Shown: positions 18,450 to 29,336, numbered from the stretch's first letter. The stretch is DNA of 64,000 bases from Blautia sp. (GCA_026169535.1 JAPFCU010000061.1:39538-103537), one strand, 5' to 3'. A program made the numbers and translations. The notes: generated by a model not told the origin, from the letters alone.

Positions 18450-20652
18450 ATATGTAAAAACAGTATCGAAGGGAAAGGGATGGATTCCGGCGTTCCTTAC
18501 TCTGGGATTCCTTCTGGCTTTTCCAGTGGTCAGTCTGCTGATGATAGGCAACTGGAGGGGAAGCGGCTATACACCGGAGCAGATGGAATTTCTTTATGAA
18601 AATCTGTGGAAAGATGGTTTTCTTCTTACAGGAGGATTCGTAGCTGTACTGGCGGCAGTTTTAAATGGCATTAATGGGTTTATTTATCTGTATTCCAAAC
18701 GACAGACAGACTTTTATCACAGTCTTCCGGTAAAACGTTCGCGAATGTTCTGGAATCGAATTTACACAGGACTTGTTTATTATTTAGTACCTTATGTGAT
18801 CATGGTATTTCTTGCAATCTGTATTGGAGCTGCAAGGGGATTTTTCAGTCTGAAGCTTATGGGTGCAGCGATCGTTTTGTTTGGTATCCATCTGATCATA
18901 TATTTACTGATATATTTCAGCATGGTGCTGATCTTATGCATTACGGGAAATCTTCTTATGGGAATCTTCTGCATGGGGATGCTCTACTGCTATGGACCAG
19001 GTCTGAGTCTGTTGCTGGGAAGCTACAGATATGGATTTTATGAGACCTACTATATGGAAAAAAACTATGGGTTGATCCGTTTTCTGAGAGAATATATTTC
19101 TCCTGCGGGGCTGATAAATCAGTTTGCTGAAGCTTATCAAAAAGGAGAAGGCACGGGGAATTTCATGATTCTCTTTTTACTGACAGCCTTTTTGGCATTT
19201 TTATCTTATCTGGCTTATCTGAAGAGACCTTCTGAGTCGGCGGGGTCACCTATGGTTTACAGGGGAGCTGCTTTTATTGTCAAAATTATGGTTGTAATCC
19301 CTTGCGGACTGGGTGCCGGATATTTCTTTTATCTGATCCCTATAAGCAGTATGAAGACATTCTGGTGGATTTTTGGCCTGATTCTTGGAACTGTGCTTTC
19401 TCATGGATTTATGGAAACAGCATACCAGATGGATTTTCATTGCTTTTTCAAAAAGAAGATTCAGCTTTTGGCAGCGGGGCTGATCGTGGCAGCCTGTGCC
19501 ATGGTATATGAAACCGACCTGTTTCATTATGATTCCTATGTTCCGCCGAAGGAAAAACTGGCATCGGTCAGTGTGGATATGAATATGTTTTCTAACAATA
19601 TGGGAACATACATAAAAGAAGTAGAGGACGGTATTTATCAGGTAGGAATGGAGTCTGCAGACTGGGATCTGAGAGAGTACAGTGTTTCCGGAAAAAAAGA
19701 GATTGGTGATAAAACTTACGATGCGTTTTGCAGTATAGCTGAAAAACAGAAGGAAAGGGGAAAGAAATACGAGAAAGGGGATCATATTGTTGAGGGGGCA
19801 AACAGTGATATAGTATTTAAAACCGGAGTTATGTATAAGTTGAAATCCGGAAAGAAGATATATCGTAATTACCGTATCAATGCCATTGAATGTCAGGAAT
19901 TGATCCAATGTCTGTATGAGGAAGAAAATCTGAAGGATACCGTTTTGGATATGCTGGATCTCGGGGAAGAATACCTGGATGAAATGTATTTCAATGCTGC
20001 GGATGGTCGAGGCTATATGATTTTCCAGGAGCAGAAAGAAAAATGGACAGAACTTTTAGAAGCTTTGAAAAAAGATATTGAGGATGCCGGAGCAGAGAGT
20101 TTTGCAGGAATTCCATGCTGCAGTATCCAGTTAACCTACAGTCTTCCAGGGATTATGGATGTCAGTACTCTGGTTCCGGGAGAAGAGAACCGAAAGGAGT
20201 ATGCGTACAGTACAATAAATATCCTGCCGGAATATACACATACATTGGCTGTTCTGGAAGAGACCGGATATCCGATTACCCTGGATGACATTACAGTAAA
20301 AAAAGCAACAGTTCAATATTATGGAAAGGAAAAAGAAAAAACAGCAGTGTATGAAAAGGCGGAAGAACTGCAGAAATTAAAAGATGCTGCGGTTCCTGCG
20401 GGAGGCTTTTATTCATGGTTGGAATGTGAAGAGGATGTCAGCGTGATCTTTCAGACAGAACAGGGATATGAGTTTTATGTACAGCTATTAAAGGGTAAAC
20501 TTCCTGATTTTGTTCAAAAAGGAAAAGAAACGGCAGATGAAACAGAAAAAAGAAAAGAATCAGAGGAGGAAAAGGTATCTATGATCGGTGGTGCAGACGG
20601 TCCCACATCTATTATTATAAAACCCAGAGAGGAAGATCAGACAGATGAGTAA
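18424..20652 (+). CDS. ABC transporter permease (YtrC/D-like) with large C-terminal domain ending in IGGADGPT
   Basis: DFYHSLPVKR motif, about 10 TM helices; C-terminal VSMIGGADGPTSIII. Confidence 0.82.
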   Translation: MKSKICSSKYVKTVSKGKGWIPAFLTLGFLLAFPVVSLLMIGNWRGSGYTPEQMEFLYENLWKDGFLLTGGFVAVLAAVLNGINGFIYLYSKRQTDFYHSLPVKRSRMFWNRIYTGLVYYLVPYVIMVFLAICIGAARGFFSLKLMGAAIVLFGIHLIIYLLIYFSMVLILCITGNLLMGIFCMGMLYCYGPGLSLLLGSYRYGFYETYYMEKNYGLIRFLREYISPAGLINQFAEAYQKGEGTGNFMILFLLTAFLAFLSYLAYLKRPSESAGSPMVYRGAAFIVKIMVVIPCGLGAGYFFYLIPISSMKTFWWIFGLILGTVLSHGFMETAYQMDFHCFFKKKIQLLAAGLIVAACAMVYETDLFHYDSYVPPKEKLASVSVDMNMFSNNMGTYIKEVEDGIYQVGMESADWDLREYSVSGKKEIGDKTYDAFCSIAEKQKERGKKYEKGDHIVEGANSDIVFKTGVMYKLKSGKKIYRNYRINAIECQELIQCLYEEENLKDTVLDMLDLGEEYLDEMYFNAADGRGYMIFQEQKEKWTELLEALKKDIEDAGAESFAGIPCCSIQLTYSLPGIMDVSTLVPGEENRKEYAYSTINILPEYTHTLAVLEETGYPITLDDITVKKATVQYYGKEKEKTAVYEKAEELQKLKDAAVPAGGFYSWLECEEDVSVIFQTEQGYEFYVQLLKGKLPDFVQKGKETADETEKRKESEEEKVSMIGGADGPTSIIIKPREEDQTDE

Positions 20653-21448
20653 AACAGTACGACTTGATAAGTTTCTGGCAGATGCAGGTAAAGGTACAAG
20701 GAGTGAAGTGAAAAAATACATCCAGAAAGGCTTGGTGGAGATTAACGGGCAGACCGTGAAAAAACCGGAACAGAAAGTTGGACCACAGGACAGAGTTCTT
20801 TTTAAAGGAGAGGAAATTGCCAGAGAACCGGAGCATGTGTATTATCTTTTGCATAAGCCGGCGGGATATGTATCGGCAACAGAGGATAAGCGGGACAGGA
20901 CAGTAATGGAGCTGATCCCTTCTGCCAGAAAAGGTCTTTTTCCGGCGGGGCGTCTGGATAAGGATACAGAAGGGCTTCTTCTGATCACAGATGACGGGGT
21001 GCTGGCTCATGAACTTCTTTCTCCTGCCCGTCACGTAGAAAAGACCTATTTTGTCAGAACAGAAGGCCAGGTGACAGAAGAGGATAAAGAGAAACTGGAA
21101 AAGGGTATTGATATCGGAGAAAAGCGGCAGACACTTCCTGCAAAGGTGAAGCTTCTGGAAAAAGAGGATATTTCAGAAGAAGGAGTTATGCGTCATGTGC
21201 GCCCGGAAACTCTTCCAGAGGTATATACAGAACTTCTTCTTACCATCAGCGAGGGAAAATTCCATCAGGTAAAAAGGATGATGGAAGCGGTGGGCAAACC
21301 TGTAATCTATCTGAAACGAATATCCATGGGACCTCTTACTCTTCCGGAAGATCTGAAAAAGGGAGAATGCCGTCTCCTTACAGAGGAAGAAATCCGAAAA
21401 TTAAAAGACGCAGGAAGAACTTCAGATGAAAAATCTGAGAAATGTTGA
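20645..21448 (+). CDS. rsuA: RsuA-family rRNA pseudouridine synthase
   Basis: RLDKFL S4 domain, HKPAGYVS, GRLDKDTEGL, EGKFHQVKRM. Confidence 0.9.
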   Translation: MSKTVRLDKFLADAGKGTRSEVKKYIQKGLVEINGQTVKKPEQKVGPQDRVLFKGEEIAREPEHVYYLLHKPAGYVSATEDKRDRTVMELIPSARKGLFPAGRLDKDTEGLLLITDDGVLAHELLSPARHVEKTYFVRTEGQVTEEDKEKLEKGIDIGEKRQTLPAKVKLLEKEDISEEGVMRHVRPETLPEVYTELLLTISEGKFHQVKRMMEAVGKPVIYLKRISMGPLTLPEDLKKGECRLLTEEEIRKLKDAGRTSDEKSEKC

Positions 21449-21467
21449 AAATACAGGAAAAAACAAT

Positions 21468-21620
21468 GAAAACCCTCTTTACATGGAGGGTTTTCTTATG
21501 CTATAATTCAGAAGTTGCAAAATAAACACGCGTGGAGATTCCGATGGATGGTGCCCATACGGTGTGACGGCGGGTCCTGATAGAAAATGATCTGCGCGGA
21601 AGAAATCAACCAAAAAGGAG
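21468..21620 (+). promoter_or_regulatory. rpsB promoter and structured 5' leader (probable S2 autoregulatory RNA)
   Basis: TTTACA-18-TATAAT (21478-21507) with TG extension; hairpin GAAAACCCTC...GAGGGTTTTC over the -35; GC-rich leader stem CGCGTGGAGAT...ATCTGCGCG. Confidence 0.6.
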
Positions 21621-21627
21621 AAAAAAC

Positions 21628-22374
21628 ATGAGCGTTATTTCAATGAAACAGCTTTTGGAAGCAGGTGTTCATTTCGGACATCAGACAAGAAGATGGAACC
21701 CTAAAATGGCTCCGTACATCTACACAGAGAGAAACGGTATCTACATCATCGACCTTCAGCAGTCTGTAGGTATGGTTGACGATGCATACAATGCAATCGC
21801 TGACATCGTAGCAAACGGCGGAAACATCCTTTTCGTTGGAACAAAGAAACAGGCTCAGGACGCTATCAAAGTTGAGGCAGAGCGCTGCGGACAGTTCTAT
21901 GTAAACGAGAGATGGCTTGGCGGTATGCTCACAAACTTCAAGACAATCCAGAGCCGTATTGCAAGACTGAAAGAGATCGAGGCTATGGAGGCTGACGGAA
22001 CATTTGACGTGCTTCCTAAGAAAGAAGTTATTGAGTTAAGAAAAGAGCTTACAAAGCTGCAGAAAAACCTTGGCGGTATCAAAGAGATGAAACGTCTTCC
22101 GGACGCTATCTTCATCGTTGACCCGAAAAAAGAGAGAATCTGCGTACAGGAAGCTCATACATTAGGTATTCCGCTGATCGGTATCTGTGATACAAACTGT
22201 GATCCGGAAGAACTTGACTATGTAATCCCGGGTAACGACGACGCTATCCGTGCTGTAAAACTGATCGTTTCCAAGATGGCAGACGCTGTTATCGAGGCTA
22301 ACCAGGGTACAGCAGAGGCTGACGGCGAGATTGAGGCTGAGTCCGAGGAATTCGCTGAGACAGTAGAAGAGTAA
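21628..22374 (+). CDS. rpsB: 30S ribosomal protein S2
   Basis: [34 protein letters not shown]. Confidence 0.99.
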   Translation: MSVISMKQLLEAGVHFGHQTRRWNPKMAPYIYTERNGIYIIDLQQSVGMVDDAYNAIADIVANGGNILFVGTKKQAQDAIKVEAERCGQFYVNERWLGGMLTNFKTIQSRIARLKEIEAMEADGTFDVLPKKEVIELRKELTKLQKNLGGIKEMKRLPDAIFIVDPKKERICVQEAHTLGIPLIGICDTNCDPEELDYVIPGNDDAIRAVKLIVSKMADAVIEANQGTAEADGEIEAESEEFAETVEE

Positions 22375-22411
22375 TTTTTTAGCATATTAAATTATTCAGG
22401 AGGAAATAGAG

Positions 22412-23353
22412 ATGGCTATTACAGCAGCACAGGTAAAAGAATTAAGAGAACTGACCGGCGCCGGAATGATGGACTGTAAGAAAGCTCTTACAGCTACAGA
22501 AGGCGATATGGATAAAGCAGTAGAGTTCCTTCGTGAAAAAGGACTTGCAACTGCTCAGAAGAAATCAAGCCGTGTAGCAGCAGAGGGTCTTTGCAAGACT
22601 GTTGTTGCAGAGGATGCTAAGAGCGCAGTTGTTGTTGAGGTTAACGCAGAGACTGACTTCGTAGCAAAGAATGAGAAATTCCAGAACTACGTTGCAGACG
22701 TTGCTGCACAGGCACTTACAACTACAGCAGCAGACATCGATGCTTTCCTTGCAGAGCCATGGGCACTGAGCAGCGAGCAGACAGTAAAAGAAGCTCTTGC
22801 AGCTCAGATCGCAGTAATCGGTGAGAACATGAACATCAGAAGATTTGCTCAGGTAAAAGAAGAGAACGGATTCGTTGCTTCCTACACACATATGGGCGGA
22901 AAGATCGGCGTTCTTGTTGACGTTGAGACTGACGTTGTAAACGATGCTGTAAAAGAGATGGCTAAGAACGTTGCAATGCAGATTGCAGCTCTGAAACCTC
23001 AGTATACAAGCGACAGCGAAGTAAGCGCTGATTACCTTGCACATGAGAGAGAAATCCTTATGGCTCAGATCATGAATGATCCGAAAGAGTCCCAGAAACC
23101 TGAGAAGGTTATCAAAGGAATGATCGAAGGACGTATTAAGAAAGAGCTGAAAGAGATCTGCCTTCTTGACCAGACTTACGTTAAAGCAGAGGATGGAAAA
23201 CAGTCCGTTGCTAAATACGTAGAGCAGGTTGCAAAAGAGAACGGCGCTAAGATCACAATCAAAGGCTTTGTTCGTTTCGAGACCGGCGAAGGAATCGAGA
23301 AGAAGGAAGAAGACTTTGCAGCAGAAGTTGCAGCTCAGATGGCAGGCAAATAA
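22412..23353 (+). CDS. tsf: Elongation factor Ts
   Basis: VKELRELTGAGMMDCKKAL, ETDFVAKN. Confidence 0.99.
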   Translation: MAITAAQVKELRELTGAGMMDCKKALTATEGDMDKAVEFLREKGLATAQKKSSRVAAEGLCKTVVAEDAKSAVVVEVNAETDFVAKNEKFQNYVADVAAQALTTTAADIDAFLAEPWALSSEQTVKEALAAQIAVIGENMNIRRFAQVKEENGFVASYTHMGGKIGVLVDVETDVVNDAVKEMAKNVAMQIAALKPQYTSDSEVSADYLAHEREILMAQIMNDPKESQKPEKVIKGMIEGRIKKELKEICLLDQTYVKAEDGKQSVAKYVEQVAKENGAKITIKGFVRFETGEGIEKKEEDFAAEVAAQMAGK

Positions 23354-23382
23354 GCAAAGTTTAAATTAAGATCAATTAGATT

Positions 23383-23438
23383 ACGAAAGCTTTATAACCA
23401 CTGTATTTAACAGTGGTTATAAGGCTTTCGTTTTTTTT
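23383..23438. terminator. Long terminator after tsf (shared with convergent gene)
   Basis: ACGAAAGCTTTATAACCACTG ... CAGTGGTTATAAGGCTTTCGT plus T run. Confidence 0.88.
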
Positions 23439-23442
23439 GATT

Positions 23443-25332
23443 CTAAAGCTGCAAAGTTCCGAATCGTTTGATCTTCTGGTATACTTCAAGGCAGACATCT
23501 TCTCTGCGATGAAGCAGAAACTGCTCCAGTTCATGCTGAAGCTCAGGAGAGTCTGAAATCAGATTTACAACATTAGCTGAATAGCGTGTGCCGCTTCCGG
23601 CCTGAAGCTCTCCAAGTACCTGACTAAGTGTTTTGGTTCTGGCATAACTTCGTCCAAGATAATCGGTGGCTGCATCAAGAGAGTCGCAGATACTAATGAT
23701 ATCGATTATGATTTTGTCCGGTACATTTACTGCATCAAAGTCGGAAGGATATCCGCAGGTACCGTCACTTGATTTATGATGACCTGCGGCAATGCCGATG
23801 TATTTGTGCAGAGAGGGAATCTGCTGCAAAATTTTCAGACTGGATACAGGGTGATATTTGATTACCTGAAATTCAATGTCTACGAGTTTTCGATATTGCA
23901 TATTAATCACATTCGTACAGTGTATTTTTCCAATATCATGCAGCAGTGCTCCTGTTTCAATAAAATTGAGGATTTCATCCTTTCTGCGGTTGACTTCTGC
24001 TTCAGACTGACAGGAAAGCACGCCGATAAGGTATTCCGGGTGCTGGTCGATCATATGACCGGTTACAAGTTTTGCACAGCGGCTGAGGATTACTGAGTGA
24101 AATAATGTCTGGGGCTGTCTGTATACAGTCAGCTTCAGAAGAGTGGGAAGAATTTTGTCTTCCTCCAGATACCTTACAGCCGGAATGAGATAGAGGGAAG
24201 TATTGATGTCAGCTACGCTTTCCATGAAGGTATTGCTGGGAAAATGATTATATACATCAAGTAAATGAGTGAATATCTGACGGATACTGTGTACACAGTC
24301 CGGACAGTCTGTAACCAGAACAAGCATACAGCTGAGGATCAGATTGAAACAGTCAATATTTTCATCGTCATATTCTTCAAAAGTGCAGAAACGTTTATGG
24401 GGCAGTATTCTTTCACAATTCATAATCTCCTGATGAACAGTTGCAGCAGTTTTTTCTTTTAAGAAATATTCCAGCATCAGACAAAGCGTCTGATATTTGG
24501 CATAGCCCTCAGGAGATTCTCTGGACGGGTGCTGATCTTTCAGATGTCTGGCAATGGAAAGCTGCATACGGAGCTGCTTTTGAGAGAAAGCATTCGCATT
24601 TGAATGAATGGTTAATCGAAGAAAGTTGCTTGTCCAGTGATTTTCGAAGTAAGAGATAACGGAATTTAAAGGCAAAGACATATCTGCCTCAGCCTTAAAA
24701 CGGTGAAGCATCTGCATTCGGTTTTCGTATTCTTCAAAAAAACGGGAAACGGGTATAAAAGGAGGCTCATTTGCATATTCAGATGTAATGAAGGATTGAA
24801 AATCATAAAAACTCATTCCAAGACTTTTTTCTTCTTCATTTAACTGGTCATAGAAAGTTTCAAAAATAGGAATTGCGTGCTGATAAAGTTCCATGATTTC
24901 TTTCTTTAAACATTTTACATTAAGAAAAAAATAGACAGAAAGAATAACCATATCGCATTTCATCAATGCCACAGGGTCGTTTTGTGTTTCATAAAATGCA
25001 TAGAGACTGTGGGCCAGTTCATAAGCGGCGGCAATATCTTCAAAACGTGTACTGTACCTGTACAAAAAGGACAGTAAAGGATCTGCAATATTTCTGGTCC
25101 ATGGATGCCCTTCTCTTGTAAAATAATAAACATGCTGCTGCAGATATACATTTTGTTCCTGATATTTTTTTTCGAGTTTCTGAGCCCTTGTAGAAAAATC
25201 AGCCAGCCATTGCTGAGGCTCCTTGTTCATCTGAAAAGAATTGATCTCGTCCAGTTCCCGTATCTGGTCAAAGTAAATCTGAAAATAATTTTGCCATTCT
25301 TCACGTGTGTTAAAACCGTGTTCTCCTTCCAT
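23443..25332 (-). CDS. HD-GYP-like phosphohydrolase with long helical N-terminal region
   Basis: LLHDIGK, HP, GHH...DGTCGYP, ICDSLDA...RSY, GSGTRY. Confidence 0.8.
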   Translation of the reverse strand: MEGEHGFNTREEWQNYFQIYFDQIRELDEINSFQMNKEPQQWLADFSTRAQKLEKKYQEQNVYLQQHVYYFTREGHPWTRNIADPLLSFLYRYSTRFEDIAAAYELAHSLYAFYETQNDPVALMKCDMVILSVYFFLNVKCLKKEIMELYQHAIPIFETFYDQLNEEEKSLGMSFYDFQSFITSEYANEPPFIPVSRFFEEYENRMQMLHRFKAEADMSLPLNSVISYFENHWTSNFLRLTIHSNANAFSQKQLRMQLSIARHLKDQHPSRESPEGYAKYQTLCLMLEYFLKEKTAATVHQEIMNCERILPHKRFCTFEEYDDENIDCFNLILSCMLVLVTDCPDCVHSIRQIFTHLLDVYNHFPSNTFMESVADINTSLYLIPAVRYLEEDKILPTLLKLTVYRQPQTLFHSVILSRCAKLVTGHMIDQHPEYLIGVLSCQSEAEVNRRKDEILNFIETGALLHDIGKIHCTNVINMQYRKLVDIEFQVIKYHPVSSLKILQQIPSLHKYIGIAAGHHKSSDGTCGYPSDFDAVNVPDKIIIDIISICDSLDAATDYLGRSYARTKTLSQVLGELQAGSGTRYSANVVNLISDSPELQHELEQFLLHRREDVCLEVYQKIKRFGTLQL

Positions 25333-25588
25333 ACGACTCCCCCCCTGTTAAAATTCTGAAAAAAGTATAACATATGTATGCGGATAAATCCAGTCTGGCC
25401 TATGGCAGGATAGATGAAAACGGCAGTGGATCTGCAGTGCGGGCAGTAATTCCTATACGAATTTTGCTGTCATACTGGATATTTTTCAGAATACAAAGTA
25501 TAATCAAATTGATGCTTTACAAGATTGAAGATATGATCTGATATAAAATTTTTATCATACGTCGGGGTTGGCCGTGGAGGGACAGAAA

Positions 25589-26452
25589 ATGTGGATATTA
25601 TATGCAGTAGGTTCTTCTTTTTTTGCAGGTATTACCGCAGTTCTTGCAAAATGTGGAATTAAAAAAACGGATTCGGATGTGGCAACCATGATTCGAACAG
25701 TTGTGGTTCTGGTATTTTCGTGGCTGATGGTTCTGATTAGCGGAAGCGGAGACGGGATTACCAGGCTTAGTGGAAAAACGGTGCTGTTTCTTGTTTTGTC
25801 TGGACTTGCGACGGGGGCTTCCTGGATTTGCTACTTTCATGCTTTGCAGAAGGGCGACATCAATAAGGTTGTTCCCATTGACAAATCCAGTACAGTTTTA
25901 ACTATTCTGCTTGCACTGATTTTTCTGGGAGAAGGCATTAACGCGGGAAAAATAGCAGCGGTTATTTTGATCGGTGGCGGTACACTTTTGATGATTGACA
26001 GAAAAGTTACAGAAAGAAATCAAAAGGAACAGAAAGACTGGCTGATTTATGCAGTTCTTTCGGCGGTTTTTGCCAGCCTTACAGCTATTCTGGGGAAAAT
26101 TGGGATCCAGAATGTGGACTCTAATCTGGGAACAGCTATCCGCACCACAGTTGTGCTGCTGATGGCATGTCTTATGGTAGTTATTACCGGAAAAGCTAAT
26201 CAGATCAAGAAAACTGACAGAAGAGAACTGAGATTTATTATATTGTCTGGTTTTGCAACAGGCGCCTCCTGGCTATGCTATTACAAAGCACTTCAGGATG
26301 GACCTGCCAGCGTTGTGGTTCCGATTGACAAGCTGAGTATTTTGGTAACGATCTTCTTTTCATGGTTGGTGTTTCATGAGAAATTGTCCAAAAAATCTGT
26401 GTGTGGGCTGACTGGAATTGTGCTTGGAACCTTGATGATGGCAGTATTATAG
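25589..26452 (+). CDS. EamA/DMT family transporter
   Basis: Two internal repeats each with SG.ATGASW.CY and VVPIDK; 10 TM helices. Confidence 0.9.
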   Translation: MWILYAVGSSFFAGITAVLAKCGIKKTDSDVATMIRTVVVLVFSWLMVLISGSGDGITRLSGKTVLFLVLSGLATGASWICYFHALQKGDINKVVPIDKSSTVLTILLALIFLGEGINAGKIAAVILIGGGTLLMIDRKVTERNQKEQKDWLIYAVLSAVFASLTAILGKIGIQNVDSNLGTAIRTTVVLLMACLMVVITGKANQIKKTDRRELRFIILSGFATGASWLCYYKALQDGPASVVVPIDKLSILVTIFFSWLVFHEKLSKKSVCGLTGIVLGTLMMAVL

Positions 26453-26564
26453 ACAGATATGAGCATTTGATGCGGTCAAAATGGAAAGCAGCTGTATTGC
26501 TATCCGGTGGTACTTTTGATAAAATATGGAGGTATTATGCAAAAACTAATGATGAGGTGACTAG

Positions 26565-27155
26565 ATGAGCGAGATAATGATCAGAATCGTATCACCGGAG
26601 GATGCAGAAGAACTTCTGGATATTTATGCTCCTTATATCAGGGATACAGCAGTGACTTTTGAATATACAGTTCCATCTGTAGAAGAATTCAAAGAAAGGA
26701 TCCGCCATACGCTGGAGAGGTTTCCTTATCTGGCAGCGGTAAGAGACGGGGAGATTATAGGGTATGTATACGCAGGTCCTCTTCATCCTCGGGCAGCCTA
26801 TGCCTGGTCTGCAGAAACTTCTATTTATGTGAAAAAAGATAAAAAAAATCAAGGTACGGGAAAACTGCTTTATGAAGCTTTGGAAAAAGTTCTGAAGGAG
26901 CAGAATATTCTTAGTGTCAATGCATGTATAGCATATCCGGAAGTGGAAGATGAATATCTGACAAAGGACAGTGTCAGGTTTCATCTCCATATGGGATATA
27001 AAATGGCAGCAGAGTTTCATAAATGTGCATATAAATTTGGGCATTGGTATAATATGGTCTGGATGGAAAAGCATATTGGAGATCATATAGCAGATCCGGC
27101 AGCGCCCAGGACATTTGAAGAAGTGAGAGGAAGATTTCATCAATGGGAGAGATGA
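26565..27155 (+). CDS. GNAT N-acetyltransferase (phosphinothricin acetyltransferase-like)
   Basis: TAVTFEY, RAAYAWSAETSIYV, QGTGKLLY, YKFGHW. Confidence 0.88.
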   Translation: MSEIMIRIVSPEDAEELLDIYAPYIRDTAVTFEYTVPSVEEFKERIRHTLERFPYLAAVRDGEIIGYVYAGPLHPRAAYAWSAETSIYVKKDKKNQGTGKLLYEALEKVLKEQNILSVNACIAYPEVEDEYLTKDSVRFHLHMGYKMAAEFHKCAYKFGHWYNMVWMEKHIGDHIADPAAPRTFEEVRGRFHQWER

Positions 27156-28234
27156 GAAGCAGCACCAAACTGAAAAACATAGAATTTATTCGTATTTTTT
27201 TTGCTGTAAGTATTGTATATTTTCACCTTCTCCATTCATTTATAATTCCGTTTACCGAAGATGCAGCGGTATATCAGGAACTTGCACGGCAGTCAAAATA
27301 TGCGAAATATATAGTAGAATGTTTTTTTATCATGTCAGGATATTTTTTGTATAGATCTGTTATGCTGCATTCTGAACAGAAAACGCTGGATTTTGTGCTG
27401 AAAAAGCTCATTCGTCTTTGGCCGGTATTTGCTGTATCGACCATTCTTTCTGTGATATTTCTGGATATGTCTTTGCAGGAAGGCTTTTTGAATCTTTTTT
27501 TTCTGCAGTCTACAGGGCTGACTACTGCCTGGACAGGTCTTAACTGGTATGTATCTGCGTTTTTATTTGCAGAATTATTTTACTTTCTGATGTATAAGGC
27601 TATGAAAAATTCAGCAGGGATGAAATTAATAATCTGCCTGATCGTTTATTTTGGTTATGTGCTGAATATTATGTACACAGATGGCGGATTTGCGCGAAAA
27701 GTGGTTTTTGGTGTATTCAGCCTTGCTATGGCAAGGGCGGCGGCAGGTGTGGGACTGGGATATCTGCTGGGCAATCTTTACGATAAAGCAAAAGAAAGAT
27801 GGACAGGATTATATGTGCAGCATATGAATGCCAGTGTGATTACAGCCTTGATCACTTTTATAGAAATTAGTAGTTTTTGCCTTCTGATGATTGATTTTTT
27901 TGTCGGAAAAAGGGTCGGAAAGAATCAGTTTATGGTAGTGGTTTTATTTTCTGTTTTCTTTTTTTGCATGCTGACAGAAAAAGGTTTGTTTTCCAGACTG
28001 ATCAGCAGGCTGTCTGTATGCAGGCTGGGAAAATATGCGTATTCTATTTATGTAATGCAGGAAATTTCTTTTTATATTCTGGAAAAAACTTTCTGGAAAA
28101 ATACAGATTTTATAAAGCTGCATGCAGGTGTGTCTCTGACAGTCTCTGTGGTATTTGCTGCAGCAGTAGGTGCGGTGGTCTGGCATCTGATTGAAAAGCC
28201 TGCATCGAAACTGGGGAAAAAGATTTTATTATAG
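27152..28234 (+). CDS. Acyltransferase family 3 (OafA-like) membrane protein
   Basis: IEFIR, YFH, VECFFIMSGY, RLWP, WYVS, AYSIY, IEKP; ATGA overlap with GNAT stop. Confidence 0.88.
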   Translation: MRSSTKLKNIEFIRIFFAVSIVYFHLLHSFIIPFTEDAAVYQELARQSKYAKYIVECFFIMSGYFLYRSVMLHSEQKTLDFVLKKLIRLWPVFAVSTILSVIFLDMSLQEGFLNLFFLQSTGLTTAWTGLNWYVSAFLFAELFYFLMYKAMKNSAGMKLIICLIVYFGYVLNIMYTDGGFARKVVFGVFSLAMARAAAGVGLGYLLGNLYDKAKERWTGLYVQHMNASVITALITFIEISSFCLLMIDFFVGKRVGKNQFMVVVLFSVFFFCMLTEKGLFSRLISRLSVCRLGKYAYSIYVMQEISFYILEKTFWKNTDFIKLHAGVSLTVSVVFAAAVGAVVWHLIEKPASKLGKKILL

Positions 28235-28265
28235 AATAAAAACAGGAGAAAGGAATATATTTATC

Positions 28266-29336
28266 ATGGGAAAAGTTCGTTACAGACTGATGGATACCAT
28301 AAAAGGGCTGGCATGTATGGCAGTTGTACTCCTGCATTTTGGCTTTCCTGATCCATTGGGACTTATCATAAGACCTTTATGCAGTTTTGCGGTTCCTTAT
28401 TTTTTCTTTGTATCGGGGTTCTTTTGCACGGACAGCAGTAACAAGCTGATAAGATCTAATACATGGCGAAAGATTCGTCATATTTTACGTCTGGTTGTGA
28501 TTGCTGCACTGGTTTATGCTGTTTTTTGTGTGATTTGGAATCAGATGCTGGATCCGGACTGGAACATTGTGGAATATACAGCTTCACTTCTTACAAAAGA
28601 CAAGATTGCAAAATTTTTCCTGACAAATGACCCGTTTGTGTATTCGCATTTATGGTTTTTGGGAGCACTGCTGTACTGTTATCTGACTGTACTTTTGTTT
28701 GATAAAAAGAAAATTTCTCCGTGGATTATAATCGTAGCAGTACTTTTATGGATAGGATTTATTGCTTTTGGAGAACTGAAATATATTTTACCGATTCCCA
28801 GTTCAATTCCTTTATTTGACACAGGAAACAGAGCATATCTGTTTAACTGCTATCTGTTCCGAGCACTTCCGTTTTTTCTTTTTGGCATGCTGGCTAAGCT
28901 GAATGTGGAAAAAATCAAAAAGATCTTTTCCAAAATTCCGCTTGTATATTTTTATGTGGCGATCATCTCAGGAATTGGTATTGCCTTATGGGAAAGAACC
29001 CATATCGGAGTAGTGCAGTTCTACATGGGAACATACCTGGTGCTGGGAAGTCTGTGTATTCTGTCTGTGACCCGGCCCCAGATGAGAAATCCGCTGTTGG
29101 AATTTATCGGGCAGAAACTGTCCCTTTATGTTTATATTTTCCATATTATGATAGGCAGGTTTATTGATCTTGCAGCTAATAAGATAAGGGTGCCGGGAGA
29201 AAATGGTACCAGGATCCTGATAAAAACGGGCATATATCGTTACAGTCGTCCTTTTTTGATTTTGGCAGGCTGCTTTTTGGTTACTTTTTTCATATATAAG
29301 GCTGTGGAAGTATGTAAAAGAAGAAAAATTATATAA
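28266..29336 (+). CDS. Acyltransferase family 3 membrane protein
   Basis: DTIKG, VLLH, AVPYFFFVSGF, HLWFL, SLYVYIFH. Confidence 0.88.
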   Translation: MGKVRYRLMDTIKGLACMAVVLLHFGFPDPLGLIIRPLCSFAVPYFFFVSGFFCTDSSNKLIRSNTWRKIRHILRLVVIAALVYAVFCVIWNQMLDPDWNIVEYTASLLTKDKIAKFFLTNDPFVYSHLWFLGALLYCYLTVLLFDKKKISPWIIIVAVLLWIGFIAFGELKYILPIPSSIPLFDTGNRAYLFNCYLFRALPFFLFGMLAKLNVEKIKKIFSKIPLVYFYVAIISGIGIALWERTHIGVVQFYMGTYLVLGSLCILSVTRPQMRNPLLEFIGQKLSLYVYIFHIMIGRFIDLAANKIRVPGENGTRILIKTGIYRYSRPFLILAGCFLVTFFIYKAVEVCKRRKII

